A stretch of 64,000 bases of DNA from a virus (taxonomy: Duplodnaviria > Caudoviricetes): IMG/VR virus record IMGVR_UViG_3300005611_000007, positions 62,921 to 126,920 of that record. One strand, written 5' to 3'. Below are positions 1 through 9,275 of the stretch, one piece after another. Within the stretch, counting starts at the first letter, position 1. The number at the start of each line of letters is the position of its first letter. A program made the position numbers and the translations under genes. The notes under the pieces were generated by a model. That model was not told the origin of the DNA. It saw only the letters and a program-made list of their open reading frames with translations, and made no database searches.

Positions 1-392
1 AGTACTGCCGGATGATTTACATCTAGATTTGTGATATTTTCGATAAAATCTGGAAGGTCTTCGATACTTTTTGTTTCAAATTTAGGTTTAAAATCGAAAG
101 ATTTTTTCTCAAATTTTTTTCCAAATTTTTCTAATTTATATTGTTGATATAGAGAAGAATCAAGTTTTTCTATCAACTTATCTAATCCCATAGAAATTCC
201 ACAGTTATGACACTTCAACATCATACTGTTTTTATGTTGAAGAAGATAACCACGGGCTTTATTAGGATTAGAAGCCGAATCACCACAAATAGGACAACGA
301 AAATTAGCGACAAAGGGATTTGTCTGCTTAACTTTCCATTTATCTAATTTTGGCGAAATAAGACCTGCGTATTTTGTGTCAATCCAAATCAT
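1..392 (-). CDS. 61: DNA primase (T4 gp61-like), 5' part; runs off window edge
   Basis: Manual translation MIWIDTKYAGLISPKL...NFRCPICGDS...KARGY...KCHNCG (primase Zn-ribbon); GGAGG RBS at 398-402. Confidence 0.9.
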   Translation of the reverse strand, partial: MIWIDTKYAGLISPKLDKWKVKQTNPFVANFRCPICGDSASNPNKARGYLLQHKNSMMLKCHNCGISMGLDKLIEKLDSSLYQQYKLEKFGKKFEKKSFDFKPKFETKSIEDLPDFIENITNLDVNHPAV

Positions 393-413
393 TCGTACCT
401 CCAATATGATAGA

Positions 414-442
414 AGTATACATGATAAAATTATTACTGTCAA
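414..442 (-). promoter_or_regulatory. sigma70-like promoter for primase
   Basis: TTGACA-17bp-TATACT. Confidence 0.8.
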
Positions 443-455
443 CTACATTTTTTAG

Positions 456-484
456 TTGACAAAACGGTTGACAGACTGTAGAAT
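456..484 (+). promoter_or_regulatory. divergent sigma70-like promoter with no sense gene downstream (antisense)
   Basis: TTGACA-17bp-TAGAAT. Confidence 0.55.
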
Positions 485-496
485 TATATTGTTAGC

Positions 497-904
497 CTAG
501 AATAATGAATCAATGATATTTACTTTGCTGAGTAAGAAACCAAGAGCAACAGCACCACCCATAACAATATATCTCCATTTCTCTAGTGCATCAACTCTTT
601 TAGACATTTCATCAGCATGTATCTTTTGTTCTACTTGTAACTCTTTAATCTTTTCCAGAATAACTTGATAATGATCTGAAAGTTCTTCGTGTATTTCGTC
701 TTTCATATCGGTTATTCTCTTGTGTACTATTTCTATTGCTTTTTCTTGTGTATCGATACGAGAGTCTTGTACAGCAATAACTTTATTTAAATTATTACTA
801 ACCTCAGTAAGTTTATTGATAGTAATATCAAATCTATCTAAGATATTTTGAAATGTTACTAAATCTTTTTGAAGAATTTTTACTTCTGTTTCTAGGTTTG
901 ACAT
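497..904 (-). CDS. coiled-coil protein with C-terminal TM helix (XhlA/holin-like)
   Basis: Heptad-rich body ending LEKWRYIVMGGAVALGFLL. Confidence 0.6.
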   Translation of the reverse strand: MSNLETEVKILQKDLVTFQNILDRFDITINKLTEVSNNLNKVIAVQDSRIDTQEKAIEIVHKRITDMKDEIHEELSDHYQVILEKIKELQVEQKIHADEMSKRVDALEKWRYIVMGGAVALGFLLSKVNIIDSLF

Positions 905-1026
905 TATTTAATACCGAGATTCATGCTAATAAATGCTCTGGGAAATAAACGCCAACGACTGAAATACTCAGGAGCAGACCATAACCAATCAATTTTAGTC
1001 TTTGGTTTCTCCTGATTCTCTTCCAT
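904..1026 (-). pseudogene. 40-aa ORF, probably truncated membrane-protein (holin-like) gene
   Basis: AGGAGG RBS; MEENQEKPKTKIDWLWSAPEYFSRWRLFPRAFISMNLGIK stops just where a TM helix would begin. Confidence 0.4.
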
Positions 1027-1171
1027 GGTGTCCTCCTAAACAGTTGCATACTCCGCAACCGCATTTTTCTGATTTATCTTTCATGCCTATACCGACATTT
1101 TCAATGCATACAGAATCATAACAGTGACACCTATGACCGCAGTCTTCACAATATCTAATCTCACCAATCAC
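995..1171 (-). CDS. 58-aa Cys/His-rich metallothionein-like peptide (missed by ORF track)
   Basis: GTGA overlap with upstream stop; MIGEIRYCEDCGHRCHCYDSVC...CGCGVCNCLGGHHG; 9 Cys, 4 His. Confidence 0.6.
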   Translation of the reverse strand: MIGEIRYCEDCGHRCHCYDSVCIENVGIGMKDKSEKCGCGVCNCLGGHHGRESGETKD

Positions 1172-1527
1172 TTCTTTGCTTCTTCTTTCTTGGGTTGATA
1201 ATAGTCTTTATATGCTTTAATTACTGCATTTTGTTGTACTATATATCTTCTCATATCTGCGACACTTAGTGACAAGGCTTTATATCCATTGTCAGTAAGT
1301 GCAAAGAAAACCATATCCTGTCCACTTTTTTCTAAGTTACTAAAAACTTCATCCACATTCTCTTTTGTAATAATAACAAACTCTACATTCTTACTCTGTA
1401 CAGGTCTTGTTTCTTGTAAAACAAGTGATGGTCTCTCAACAATCTTGGGTTTAATCATCAGACGTTCTTTTATTTGAGAACATCCTGCTAAGAGTGTTAT
1501 GAGTATGAGTGCTAGTATTGATTTCAT
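1168..1527 (-). CDS. lipoprotein, probable o-spanin (Rz1/pseT.2-like)
   Basis: Start re-called at MKSILALILITLLAGC (lipobox LAGC). Confidence 0.6.
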   Translation of the reverse strand: MKSILALILITLLAGCSQIKERLMIKPKIVERPSLVLQETRPVQSKNVEFVIITKENVDEVFSNLEKSGQDMVFFALTDNGYKALSLSVADMRRYIVQQNAVIKAYKDYYQPKKEEAKK

Positions 1528-1528
1528 T

Positions 1529-2275
1529 TTAAGATTTAGGAAACAGATTAAATGGTGAGAAGTTAGAAGTGTATCTAGCGTCTCCAATGGTTAGACGGAA
1601 CATCGCAATTTTGCCTTGGAAAACTCGAAAACTTGAAAGTCCCCATAAACCAATACGAAACGCGACCCAAGGAGATGCGCCGATATCAGTACTATTAGTT
1701 CCTGTTGCTTCTTGAACACCGTCAGCAAACAAACGGTAGGTAGTTCCAGAACGACTAAAGGCCCAATGATGATAGGCCCCGCTATTCCAAGTAACCCCGC
1801 TGGCACTAGAAGCTACACTGCCATCATTACAACCCATCTCTGCCGCCGGTGGATATGCATATGGTCCTAATGTAGTATCATAGAACCAAGGAAAGTTAAG
1901 TGTCGAACCGTGATTGGCATCGACGGACGCACCTGTCATACAATTCAAGCCTGATGTTGTCCCCGTACATAAGGCAATTGTCTCAATACAGAAGTCACCT
2001 GTTCCGGGTTTTAGTCCAGCATCGTCTGAAAAAGTTAAGTAATATACTTGAGCTTCAGTTCCGAAATCCATTGCATATCCCGTTGGACTGGCAGCGTCCG
2101 AGACAATTGATACTGGTCCAGTATTAGTTACCGTCCGTGCTTTCGATGACTTATCGAGAATAGTTGCGTCACCATCTTCTGGCATTAATAAAAGTTCTAC
2201 ATTATTGAAGAGTGAATCTGTCTCACCACCCGCTGGAGGAGCAGTTCCAATTCCTAAATAAGATCTTGCTGTCAT
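1529..2275 (-). CDS. LamG/concanavalin-A-like lectin domain protein
   Basis: GDFCIET...HHWAFSRSGTTYRLFADG...FRIG...FRLTIGDARYTSNF pattern. Confidence 0.75.
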   Translation of the reverse strand: MTARSYLGIGTAPPAGGETDSLFNNVELLLMPEDGDATILDKSSKARTVTNTGPVSIVSDAASPTGYAMDFGTEAQVYYLTFSDDAGLKPGTGDFCIETIALCTGTTSGLNCMTGASVDANHGSTLNFPWFYDTTLGPYAYPPAAEMGCNDGSVASSASGVTWNSGAYHHWAFSRSGTTYRLFADGVQEATGTNSTDIGASPWVAFRIGLWGLSSFRVFQGKIAMFRLTIGDARYTSNFSPFNLFPKS

Positions 2276-2769
2276 TTAACTGTCTTCCTTATATCTACTT
2301 TTTCTTCAGTCTTTGTTGGCAAACTACCAGGAACTAAATCTGGACATTGACCATTTACTTCATCTGGTAATGGTTTTGCTCCAGTGACCAATTCATTACA
2401 TCTCAGAGCATCCTTTGTAGCTCTATTTATCTTTATGCTCCATTTGACTGGATCTTCTATTGCTTTTCTACCAATGTCACGCGCTTTGCCGCTAGAGTCT
2501 GTATCAAACTTATTATTTAGATTAACTACATTCTGTTCAGCGGCAATTATCTTGGTATTCAACTCTTGTTGAATTTCAGCCATCTTTTGAATGTCTGCTT
2601 GCATTCTCTCCATTGTTACCTTTTGTTCTTCTGCTACTTCTAATGCGCGCTGAGTTTTTTGCTCTTGTGCTTCAAGTTTAGCTTCAAGCATTTGCGTATA
2701 GAAGTAACCACCGGCGCCTAATCCACCGATGATTAACAGAAGAATTAAAGGAACTAAGATACGAGACAT
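2272..2769 (-). CDS. N-terminal TM + coiled coil, probable i-spanin (Rz/pseT.3-like)
   Basis: Signal anchor, long coiled coil, C-terminal Cys pair; lipoprotein gene nearby. Confidence 0.55.
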   Translation of the reverse strand: MSRILVPLILLLIIGGLGAGGYFYTQMLEAKLEAQEQKTQRALEVAEEQKVTMERMQADIQKMAEIQQELNTKIIAAEQNVVNLNNKFDTDSSGKARDIGRKAIEDPVKWSIKINRATKDALRCNELVTGAKPLPDEVNGQCPDLVPGSLPTKTEEKVDIRKTVK

Positions 2770-2921
2770 TACGCACCAGCGCCTTTAACTTTGTTCTTAA
2801 CCCATGCGATTGAACTAGAAACCCAAGCTGGTTGTGGTAATACGTTCCAACCTACTAATAGACCTACGACTAGCCAAAACCAGCTAATGTGATCCAATAC
2901 TGCTCCGATCCATTCTAGCAT
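2769..2921 (-). CDS. 50-aa membrane peptide (missed by ORF track)
   Basis: AGGAG RBS; MLEWIGAVLDHISWFWLVVGLLVGWNVLPQPAWVSSSIAWVKNKVKGAGA; TAATG overlap. Confidence 0.6.
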   Translation of the reverse strand: MLEWIGAVLDHISWFWLVVGLLVGWNVLPQPAWVSSSIAWVKNKVKGAGA

Positions 2922-2938
2922 TTCTTTCTCCTTTTTGT

Positions 2939-4507
2939 TTAGTCTTCAATCCAAGTTAATGCTGCTGTTGCCCTACTGATAGCAGAAGGAGCCTTAATAG
3001 ATATAACCATATAATTATTCGGTGGTATAATAACTCTTAATTTCTCAACGTCTATATTTCCATGACCATCGTTTGCGATTAAGAATTTATATACTGGTGT
3101 TTGTCCTGTTGTAGTAACTGTAGTGGCTGTCGAACTATATGAAGTTGAGAAGTCACTACCATTATTAGTCCAAACTAAAGTACCAGCAGTCGGCGCATTA
3201 AACCATAAAGTAACAGTAACTGGTTGACCACCAGCAGTAGTTGCAGCCGCACTGATTGTTCTTAACAATACCTCTCGCGTATTTATCTTAGAGTTATTTA
3301 TTACATTATTTCTTACCGCTAGAAGAACATGTTCTGAAGATGTACTAGTCATTCCAGAAGTTCTCGTATTACTTGCTGAAACTGGCATACTAGATGGTGA
3401 TATCAATCCTTCAATAGCACCCATCATAGAAGCACCAGTAACTACGATATTACTTCCACTACCACCAAGACTAGCTGCTACATAACCTATTTTTAGTGAT
3501 GGATTATCTACACTAACATCACTATTTAAATTAGCAAACTTCTTTTTATGGAAAATAATCATATTTCCATCTTCAGAGTTCTCGATAGCAAACCTTATCT
3601 CACCAGCTCCTAACCAGCGAAAGTTTATCTGATACACGTTTAGTTTTGTAGGATCTATAGTCATACCACTATAACCCGTACCATCTAACTTATCTTCGCT
3701 GAAAGAAGACTGTGCGGTCCAGGTAGATGTATGTGCTACACCAGTTTGTTGTGTGGTATTAGTAACACTTATCGTGGCAGTGCTTGACATAGAGTAAGTA
3801 CCACCCTTAGCACCTACTGACTTAGCAAGAAAACGAATACTAGTTGAATCAAACTCTACTATCCATGCATCATCAAATGCACCTATCGCTTCCAATCCAA
3901 CAACAAGAGATGCTATTCTAGTTCCAAGATCTCCACCAGATACTGTAACAGCAGCATAGGCAACCGAGTTCAATGTAACAGTAACATCACCTGCATCTAA
4001 TGTTGTTACAGCAAAGTTTTCTATATGAGCTTTACCACCATTCTCTATTAAAATACCAAAGTCTTCGCCATTATAACCTATCTGTATTGCTTGTTCTTGA
4101 GCAAAGAAACCAGCACGTTGTGTATAACCAGATACACCAGTAGTGAAAGCAGCAGTAAATCTTGCCAACGCTCCCTGACCTGGACGATATCTTACAACCT
4201 GTCTTGATCGAATAACTCCATATCCATATTGACTAGTTCCAGTAGAACATTGAAATAGAGTTTCTGTAGTGGTTGCCGAACCACCAATAGCGTTATAAGT
4301 TTCAAACTTTCTTGATGGTAGACCGTATAAAGCATCTGCTTGAATGACTGGAGTTACGGGAATTGAAATTGGTTCATCGAAAGCACTCACTGATGTAGCA
4401 CCGTCGTCTATAATATTACCATATCTGTCAGATCTCATCGCTACTTCAAAAGTAGTAGTATCTTGGCCTGATCTATAGACTTGTGTATCTCTGCGCCACT
4501 GAGCCAT
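2939..4507 (-). CDS. probable virion structural protein
   Basis: 522 aa, S/T/G-rich beta-type composition; late-gene context. Confidence 0.55.
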   Translation of the reverse strand: MAQWRRDTQVYRSGQDTTTFEVAMRSDRYGNIIDDGATSVSAFDEPISIPVTPVIQADALYGLPSRKFETYNAIGGSATTTETLFQCSTGTSQYGYGVIRSRQVVRYRPGQGALARFTAAFTTGVSGYTQRAGFFAQEQAIQIGYNGEDFGILIENGGKAHIENFAVTTLDAGDVTVTLNSVAYAAVTVSGGDLGTRIASLVVGLEAIGAFDDAWIVEFDSTSIRFLAKSVGAKGGTYSMSSTATISVTNTTQQTGVAHTSTWTAQSSFSEDKLDGTGYSGMTIDPTKLNVYQINFRWLGAGEIRFAIENSEDGNMIIFHKKKFANLNSDVSVDNPSLKIGYVAASLGGSGSNIVVTGASMMGAIEGLISPSSMPVSASNTRTSGMTSTSSEHVLLAVRNNVINNSKINTREVLLRTISAAATTAGGQPVTVTLWFNAPTAGTLVWTNNGSDFSTSYSSTATTVTTTGQTPVYKFLIANDGHGNIDVEKLRVIIPPNNYMVISIKAPSAISRATAALTWIED

Positions 4508-5028
4508 CAGGCCTTCCTTATCATCGAATAGACTTTACGACCTACAGTATTTGCTTGTGCTTTATTTTTCTTTCTATATCTATCAATAACTTTTTTTCTC
4601 ATTGGTGGATCTTCACCAGGACCAGCACCAGCAATATTGCCACCACCCACAGCATTAACAGGAGCATCTTCATTCATTAAACTCAACAAAAGTTTCTTAT
4701 TTTCGTTCTTAAACTCATAAAAATCACTTTCACTAATGTAAGTCACTCTCTTATCTTTAGGTTTATTCCCTTCTTTGATAAGAAATAGTGCTGCGGCAAA
4801 TGTCGTAAACTTACTTTCTACTCCAACTTTAGATAGAAGTCTTTTGAGATTGAATATCAAACGATCATAATAAGTCATTGCGTTCTTCTCTTCTGAAGAA
4901 GACGCTTTCTTTAATTTCTTTCCTTTCTCATCAATCAGTCCTAACCGAAAAGCCTTAGTTTCGTTGAAAGGTGTTGACAATCTTTTTATGAACTGATATA
5001 CTAAAAATAAATCTACTGTCTGTGACAT
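4507..5028 (-). CDS. conserved T4-like hypothetical protein
   Basis: YQFIKRLSTPF...GLIDEKG motif typical of marine T4-like phages. Confidence 0.6.
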   Translation of the reverse strand: MSQTVDLFLVYQFIKRLSTPFNETKAFRLGLIDEKGKKLKKASSSEEKNAMTYYDRLIFNLKRLLSKVGVESKFTTFAAALFLIKEGNKPKDKRVTYISESDFYEFKNENKKLLLSLMNEDAPVNAVGGGNIAGAGPGEDPPMRKKVIDRYRKKNKAQANTVGRKVYSMIRKA

Positions 5029-5408
5029 TAAATATTCCTTAATTTTTCTATCACATGTTCATCTAACTTAATATTAGATGTATAATATATATTATTATTT
5101 TCATCCAATATTTTTTTAGGCATTCTTCTTATTAAAATAAGAAATGGTGCAACATAAGATAGATACTTTTTCATTTTAAAGTAAATCATTCTAGTACACG
5201 CTTCATTTTCAAACACATTGTATAAAATGACAATATGATTAAGAATCAATCTTTCTTTTAATTCACCACCTTCAGCATGTCTTTTTATAAGTCTTTTCAC
5301 ATATTTTAATCTATTGAAATCTTCATAAAATTCTTCCATATCTACACAATTAGGATTATTATAATACTTAGCAGCATATAATTCTAAATTCAGATCAGTT
5401 AAATTCAT
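5028..5408 (-). CDS. conserved T4-like hypothetical protein
   Basis: LYAAKYYNNPNC...EFYED...LKERLILNHI; start re-called at MNLTD. Confidence 0.65.
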   Translation of the reverse strand: MNLTDLNLELYAAKYYNNPNCVDMEEFYEDFNRLKYVKRLIKRHAEGGELKERLILNHIVILYNVFENEACTRMIYFKMKKYLSYVAPFLILIRRMPKKILDENNNIYYTSNIKLDEHVIEKLRNI

Positions 5409-6040
5409 GTCATATAGATTACTGTATTTGCGATAACCGTTGAGACAAACAACATTGTTCCTATATAAAATTCCACCCATGAATGTCCTAGTTTACCTCC
5501 AAATGGTGCATGTTCAGCGGGATTTAAATCCTTTAGATAAAACTTTTTATGTTCGACAACCCATAACAATGGTGCTAATAATGCTAAGACAACACAAGGT
5601 AAAGCCATCATTGGATTGACAAAATACCATAGTGCGGCGGGAATTAAAAATTGAGCCATTCTCATATATAGACCAGCTAAGTCTCTACTAAATGAAGATT
5701 TTTCTGTAAAGAAAATATCTCTAATCTGCCAACCTAATTCATCGTCTGGTCTGTCATTACGGCCAAGATCCATTTGTCTGCCCCATCCAGTAGTTTGGGC
5801 AGCAAAGAATGCTAAAAATCCAATAACTGCTAAACTAGAACCAACAAGACCTAAATCTTGTTTGTTACAAATTATCGCCGTCATTGATAATAAAAGAAAT
5901 AAAGGTGTGCCCAATAGAGTAAGGGGTCTGGATTTACCCAGAAACCCCCAACTCTGTTGATTGGGTATTGAACCGCCTCTATATGACCAAGTAACAAATA
6001 ACGGTAAAGCTAATAATAATGATAACAAATAATATGACAT
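5405..6040 (-). CDS. multi-pass membrane protein
   Basis: Several hydrophobic segments; AGGAG RBS. Confidence 0.6.
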   Translation of the reverse strand: MSYYLLSLLLALPLFVTWSYRGGSIPNQQSWGFLGKSRPLTLLGTPLFLLLSMTAIICNKQDLGLVGSSLAVIGFLAFFAAQTTGWGRQMDLGRNDRPDDELGWQIRDIFFTEKSSFSRDLAGLYMRMAQFLIPAALWYFVNPMMALPCVVLALLAPLLWVVEHKKFYLKDLNPAEHAPFGGKLGHSWVEFYIGTMLFVSTVIANTVIYMT

Positions 6041-6050
6041 TTATTTCTCC

Positions 6051-6494
6051 TTATGAGAACACTGATAAAGCTACCCTTTTAATCACCGTATTTGATGTAC
6101 ACAAATAGAGATAGTTTGAATCCCAGAAGATAGAACCATCATGGGGTCTATCAGTGGTAGGAGATCCAAACTCGGTTGTTGAGTTATTTGTTCCTGGTGT
6201 TTTACTTGTCTTGATTGTGATACGATTAGTAGCACCAACAATCTGAGACATTGTAGTTGTACCAGTCACTACAACGTTTGATGTGAAATTAACATTACTA
6301 CCAGTAAATGACCCATTAGCGGATACCGTCAAACTTCCTGTGATAGAAGTATTTGACGGTAACGCGCCTAGGAGAGTCTTTACGGTAATCGACTTGCTTA
6401 CAGGCGTTCCATTAGGATCGTCCACAATAAGAAGAAGGTCTTCATCATTGGGACTTGTCAAAGCTGTAAGCTGTGATACCTTCTTATCTGCCAT
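6051..6494 (-). CDS. virion structural/fibre-like protein
   Basis: MADKKVSQLTAL N-terminus and WDSNYLYLC...KRVAL C-terminus typical of fibre modules. Confidence 0.6.
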   Translation of the reverse strand: MADKKVSQLTALTSPNDEDLLLIVDDPNGTPVSKSITVKTLLGALPSNTSITGSLTVSANGSFTGSNVNFTSNVVVTGTTTMSQIVGATNRITIKTSKTPGTNNSTTEFGSPTTDRPHDGSIFWDSNYLYLCTSNTVIKRVALSVFS

Positions 6495-6505
6495 TAGTTA
6501 TATCC

Positions 6506-7210
6506 TTATACGCCTTTTGGGCTAACCTGGAAGTTAGTAACACGAGTGCCGGCACCATTAGTAAGGTTATTAGCGACAGCGCCAGTAATTGTAACGTTAG
6601 CAGCATAAGCAACACCTTCTTCTGGGTTGTACAGTGGCATACCAGTTACAGATATCGCTTGTGCATTAACATGATATGTAGCCCTAGCAGAACCAGATCC
6701 ACCTTGTAGAGCAGGCATTGTAAATACCAGTGTATTATTAGCACCAATTAGATTAGATGCTGTTTGTGCGGTAAATCTAGCAACACCATTATTACCACCG
6801 GCGGTGTTAGAAAGATTAATTGATAATGCGTTACCACTATTCTTAAACTTAATTGGTCCGTTGAATACAACATAAAGGTTTGCAGACACGTTAGCAGAAA
6901 TAACGCCATTAGCGTTTAACTTTACATACACTTGTGCGATATCTGTTTTACCTAGATGTGTATTGGATGTGTAGTAAAATCCTGAACCTGGAGCAGCCGC
7001 GACTAAAACTTCATCGATAGTGCGGGTACTACCATGCATATCAGTTTTATTTTGACGACGAACCCAACCTACTCTAGTTGCAATAACATTTCTCTTAGAA
7101 GCCAAATTATCGGCTTCTGGGAATGGTTGATAACCAGCAACAATACCAGCTACAGTATTAGCGCCTGATGCAACGGCTGTACTTTCTCTTCTAAAATCCC
7201 AACTTGACAT
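6506..7210 (-). CDS. probable virion structural protein
   Basis: N/A/G/T-rich 234 aa. Confidence 0.5.
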   Translation of the reverse strand: MSSWDFRRESTAVASGANTVAGIVAGYQPFPEADNLASKRNVIATRVGWVRRQNKTDMHGSTRTIDEVLVAAAPGSGFYYTSNTHLGKTDIAQVYVKLNANGVISANVSANLYVVFNGPIKFKNSGNALSINLSNTAGGNNGVARFTAQTASNLIGANNTLVFTMPALQGGSGSARATYHVNAQAISVTGMPLYNPEEGVAYAANVTITGAVANNLTNGAGTRVTNFQVSPKGV

Positions 7211-7267
7211 TTATTTTCCTTTCTCTTTTCGGATTTTAATCAATTATCCTACTCGGCATAATATAAA

Positions 7268-7594
7268 TTATCTAGAAGCAATAAATCTCTGACATACTTC
7301 TAAACTTGATGATTTCTTTACTTCTCTACCATTATATTGAACAGTCCAGAATGAACCATTCTTTTCTAGAACATACTCTGAGTTAGTTGATACAGTTTCT
7401 GGTTGAACAACTGAAATTTCTTCTACAACTTCTTCTTCAGTTTCAGTTTCAGCAAAATATGCATTCGCTTCTGCTTCTAAAACCTTTTGTACTAGTTTCC
7501 ACTTTGATTCGCGTCTATCTAATTCAATACCAAGAGTTCTCCCATGATCTTCTAACTCTTTTTTTGACATTTTTTTCAATTCACTTTCTGACAT
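7268..7594 (-). CDS. small protein with N-terminal helix-extension-helix (Rho-N/SAP-like) motif
   Basis: MSKKELEDHGRTLGIELDRRESK. Confidence 0.5.
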   Translation of the reverse strand: MSESELKKMSKKELEDHGRTLGIELDRRESKWKLVQKVLEAEANAYFAETETEEEVVEEISVVQPETVSTNSEYVLEKNGSFWTVQYNGREVKKSSSLEVCQRFIASR

Positions 7595-7604
7595 TACTTT
7601 CTCC

Positions 7605-8690
7605 TCAATCTAAGTCTAATGGATTTTTTGGCTTTTCAATTTTACCTTGTAGAGCCATTTTAAAATGTTTCAAGCTTTTATGGGCGCTTTTCATTAATCT
7701 ACCTTTATCGATAGAAGATTTTTGTTTATTATATACTGTCATAAATTGTTGTGCATCTCTACTAGAAACTTGTGATGACGTACCGTCTAAGAAGTTTACT
7801 TTATTACCATTTAGAGAAATTGCTTTCCTCATTTGCATAACAAAGTTAGAATCAGAGGATACATCATCTTCTTTCTTTGGCCGTCCACGAGCTTCATCAA
7901 TTTCTACTTCTTCTTTCATCGCTTGTTTTGTAGCAGTTGCATACATAACATCTTTCCAACGATCGCCATAACGTTTTTTCAGATCACCACTGCTTTTCTT
8001 CATACCTTTAACAATTTCTTCACGCTTCTTCATCTGAACATCAGACATTTCATGAAGCGGTGACAATGAATCTCTGACTTGCGCTTTCAATTTAGGACCA
8101 AAAGTTGTCCCCTTTTCCCATTCCGCGTATGCTTGAGAAGGACTAATTTTTCTAACTTTCATCAAAGAATGAATTTTAGAAACTGCCTTTTTTACTGCTG
8201 AATCATGAGCGAGTTTAAGTGTTTTTGGTTCTTCATCAAGGTCAACTTCTTCTTTTGCCATCATTGTACGAGCATCGTCCATTGATGGTTTAGTGTCGAT
8301 CTTGTCAGGTTTATCACTTAACTCATCATCTTTCTTTTTCTTTTTCTTTTTGTCGTTCTTACCGTCGCCATCCATATCGTTCTTTTGAGCATCGGTCATT
8401 TCATCTTCGTCATCTTCCATATCATCATCGTCATTATCATCGTTCTCTTTGACCTTGGTGGCTTCTTTCATTGCCTTCATTACGGCTTTACGACGATTGT
8501 GTAGATACTCATCTGAACTATCTACATCACCATCGTTATCAATGTCTTTGTCTTTACGATCAGCATGAGAACCCTTTAATGCCTTCGCATCTACAGGATC
8601 TAACGCTTCTTTCTTGCTTTTACCCGTCATAATTTCTGTGACGGCTTTAACAAGATCATCCGGGCTATTAAAGAGATTCTTAGGGAACAT
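7605..8690 (-). CDS. highly charged prohead-core/internal-head-like protein
   Basis: D/K-rich; DIDNDGDVDSSDEYL motif; KEEVDLDE and KEEVEIDE linkers; start re-called at MFPK. Confidence 0.55.
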   Translation of the reverse strand: MFPKNLFNSPDDLVKAVTEIMTGKSKKEALDPVDAKALKGSHADRKDKDIDNDGDVDSSDEYLHNRRKAVMKAMKEATKVKENDDNDDDDMEDDEDEMTDAQKNDMDGDGKNDKKKKKKKDDELSDKPDKIDTKPSMDDARTMMAKEEVDLDEEPKTLKLAHDSAVKKAVSKIHSLMKVRKISPSQAYAEWEKGTTFGPKLKAQVRDSLSPLHEMSDVQMKKREEIVKGMKKSSGDLKKRYGDRWKDVMYATATKQAMKEEVEIDEARGRPKKEDDVSSDSNFVMQMRKAISLNGNKVNFLDGTSSQVSSRDAQQFMTVYNKQKSSIDKGRLMKSAHKSLKHFKMALQGKIEKPKNPLDLD

Positions 8691-8691
8691 T

Positions 8692-8985
8692 TTATTTCTT
8701 CTTTTTACTATGCATGTGGGATTCGGATTTGGTGATTTCAATGTCTTTAGTAGAAACCTTCTCTGTTAGACCATTGCGAAAAGCAACTGTATACCACTCA
8801 ATTTGACCATTATCATCTGGATCCGCATGTTGTTCAGAGATAGTAATACCCTCGCCATATTCTTCATGTACTACATGAGTAGCACAATCATGCATGGTAT
8901 CTTTAACATCTTCGCCGTCTTTTTTCTCTTCTATGGTTTCTTCACCAAGAAAACGACGACCTGTGGGAGTTAGAATATAAGACAT
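8692..8985 (-). CDS. hypothetical protein
   Basis: ORF with GAGG RBS and TATAAATA at 9011-9018. Confidence 0.6.
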   Translation of the reverse strand: MSYILTPTGRRFLGEETIEEKKDGEDVKDTMHDCATHVVHEEYGEGITISEQHADPDDNGQIEWYTVAFRNGLTEKVSTKDIEITKSESHMHSKKKK

Positions 8986-8996
8986 TTTTATTTCCT

Positions 8997-9275
8997 CTAT
9001 GTTTTTCTATTATTTATATTATCCTCACTCTGATTGACTAGATAGTCTCTAGCAGAGTTTAGATGGTCTCCTGCTACTGCAATTTTGTTTGTTAACCAAG
9101 TTGGTAGTGAACTCTCTTTGTCCATAGCCTGTAGTACTTCTTGTAGTTGTTGAGCATCTTCAGCGAGAGACTGTAGTTTAGTAATCATACTAGCAACATC
9201 AGTATGTCCGTCTTCTTGTAGATAACTGTACCCATCCCTAAACAGACTTCTTATAGTGTTTTCCAGACTTTTCAT
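8997..9275 (-). CDS. hypothetical protein, possible internal head protein
   Basis: MKSLENTIR...YLQE N-terminus; LPTWLTNKIAVA. Confidence 0.55.
   Translation of the reverse strand: MKSLENTIRSLFRDGYSYLQEDGHTDVASMITKLQSLAEDAQQLQEVLQAMDKESSLPTWLTNKIAVAGDHLNSARDYLVNQSEDNINNRKT
9011..9018 (-). promoter_or_regulatory. T4-type late promoter
   Basis: TATAAATA. Confidence 0.65.

Noticed and set aside
8280-8460. Low-complexity D/K-rich repeat DNA
   Set aside because: It encodes charged tracts typical of prohead core proteins
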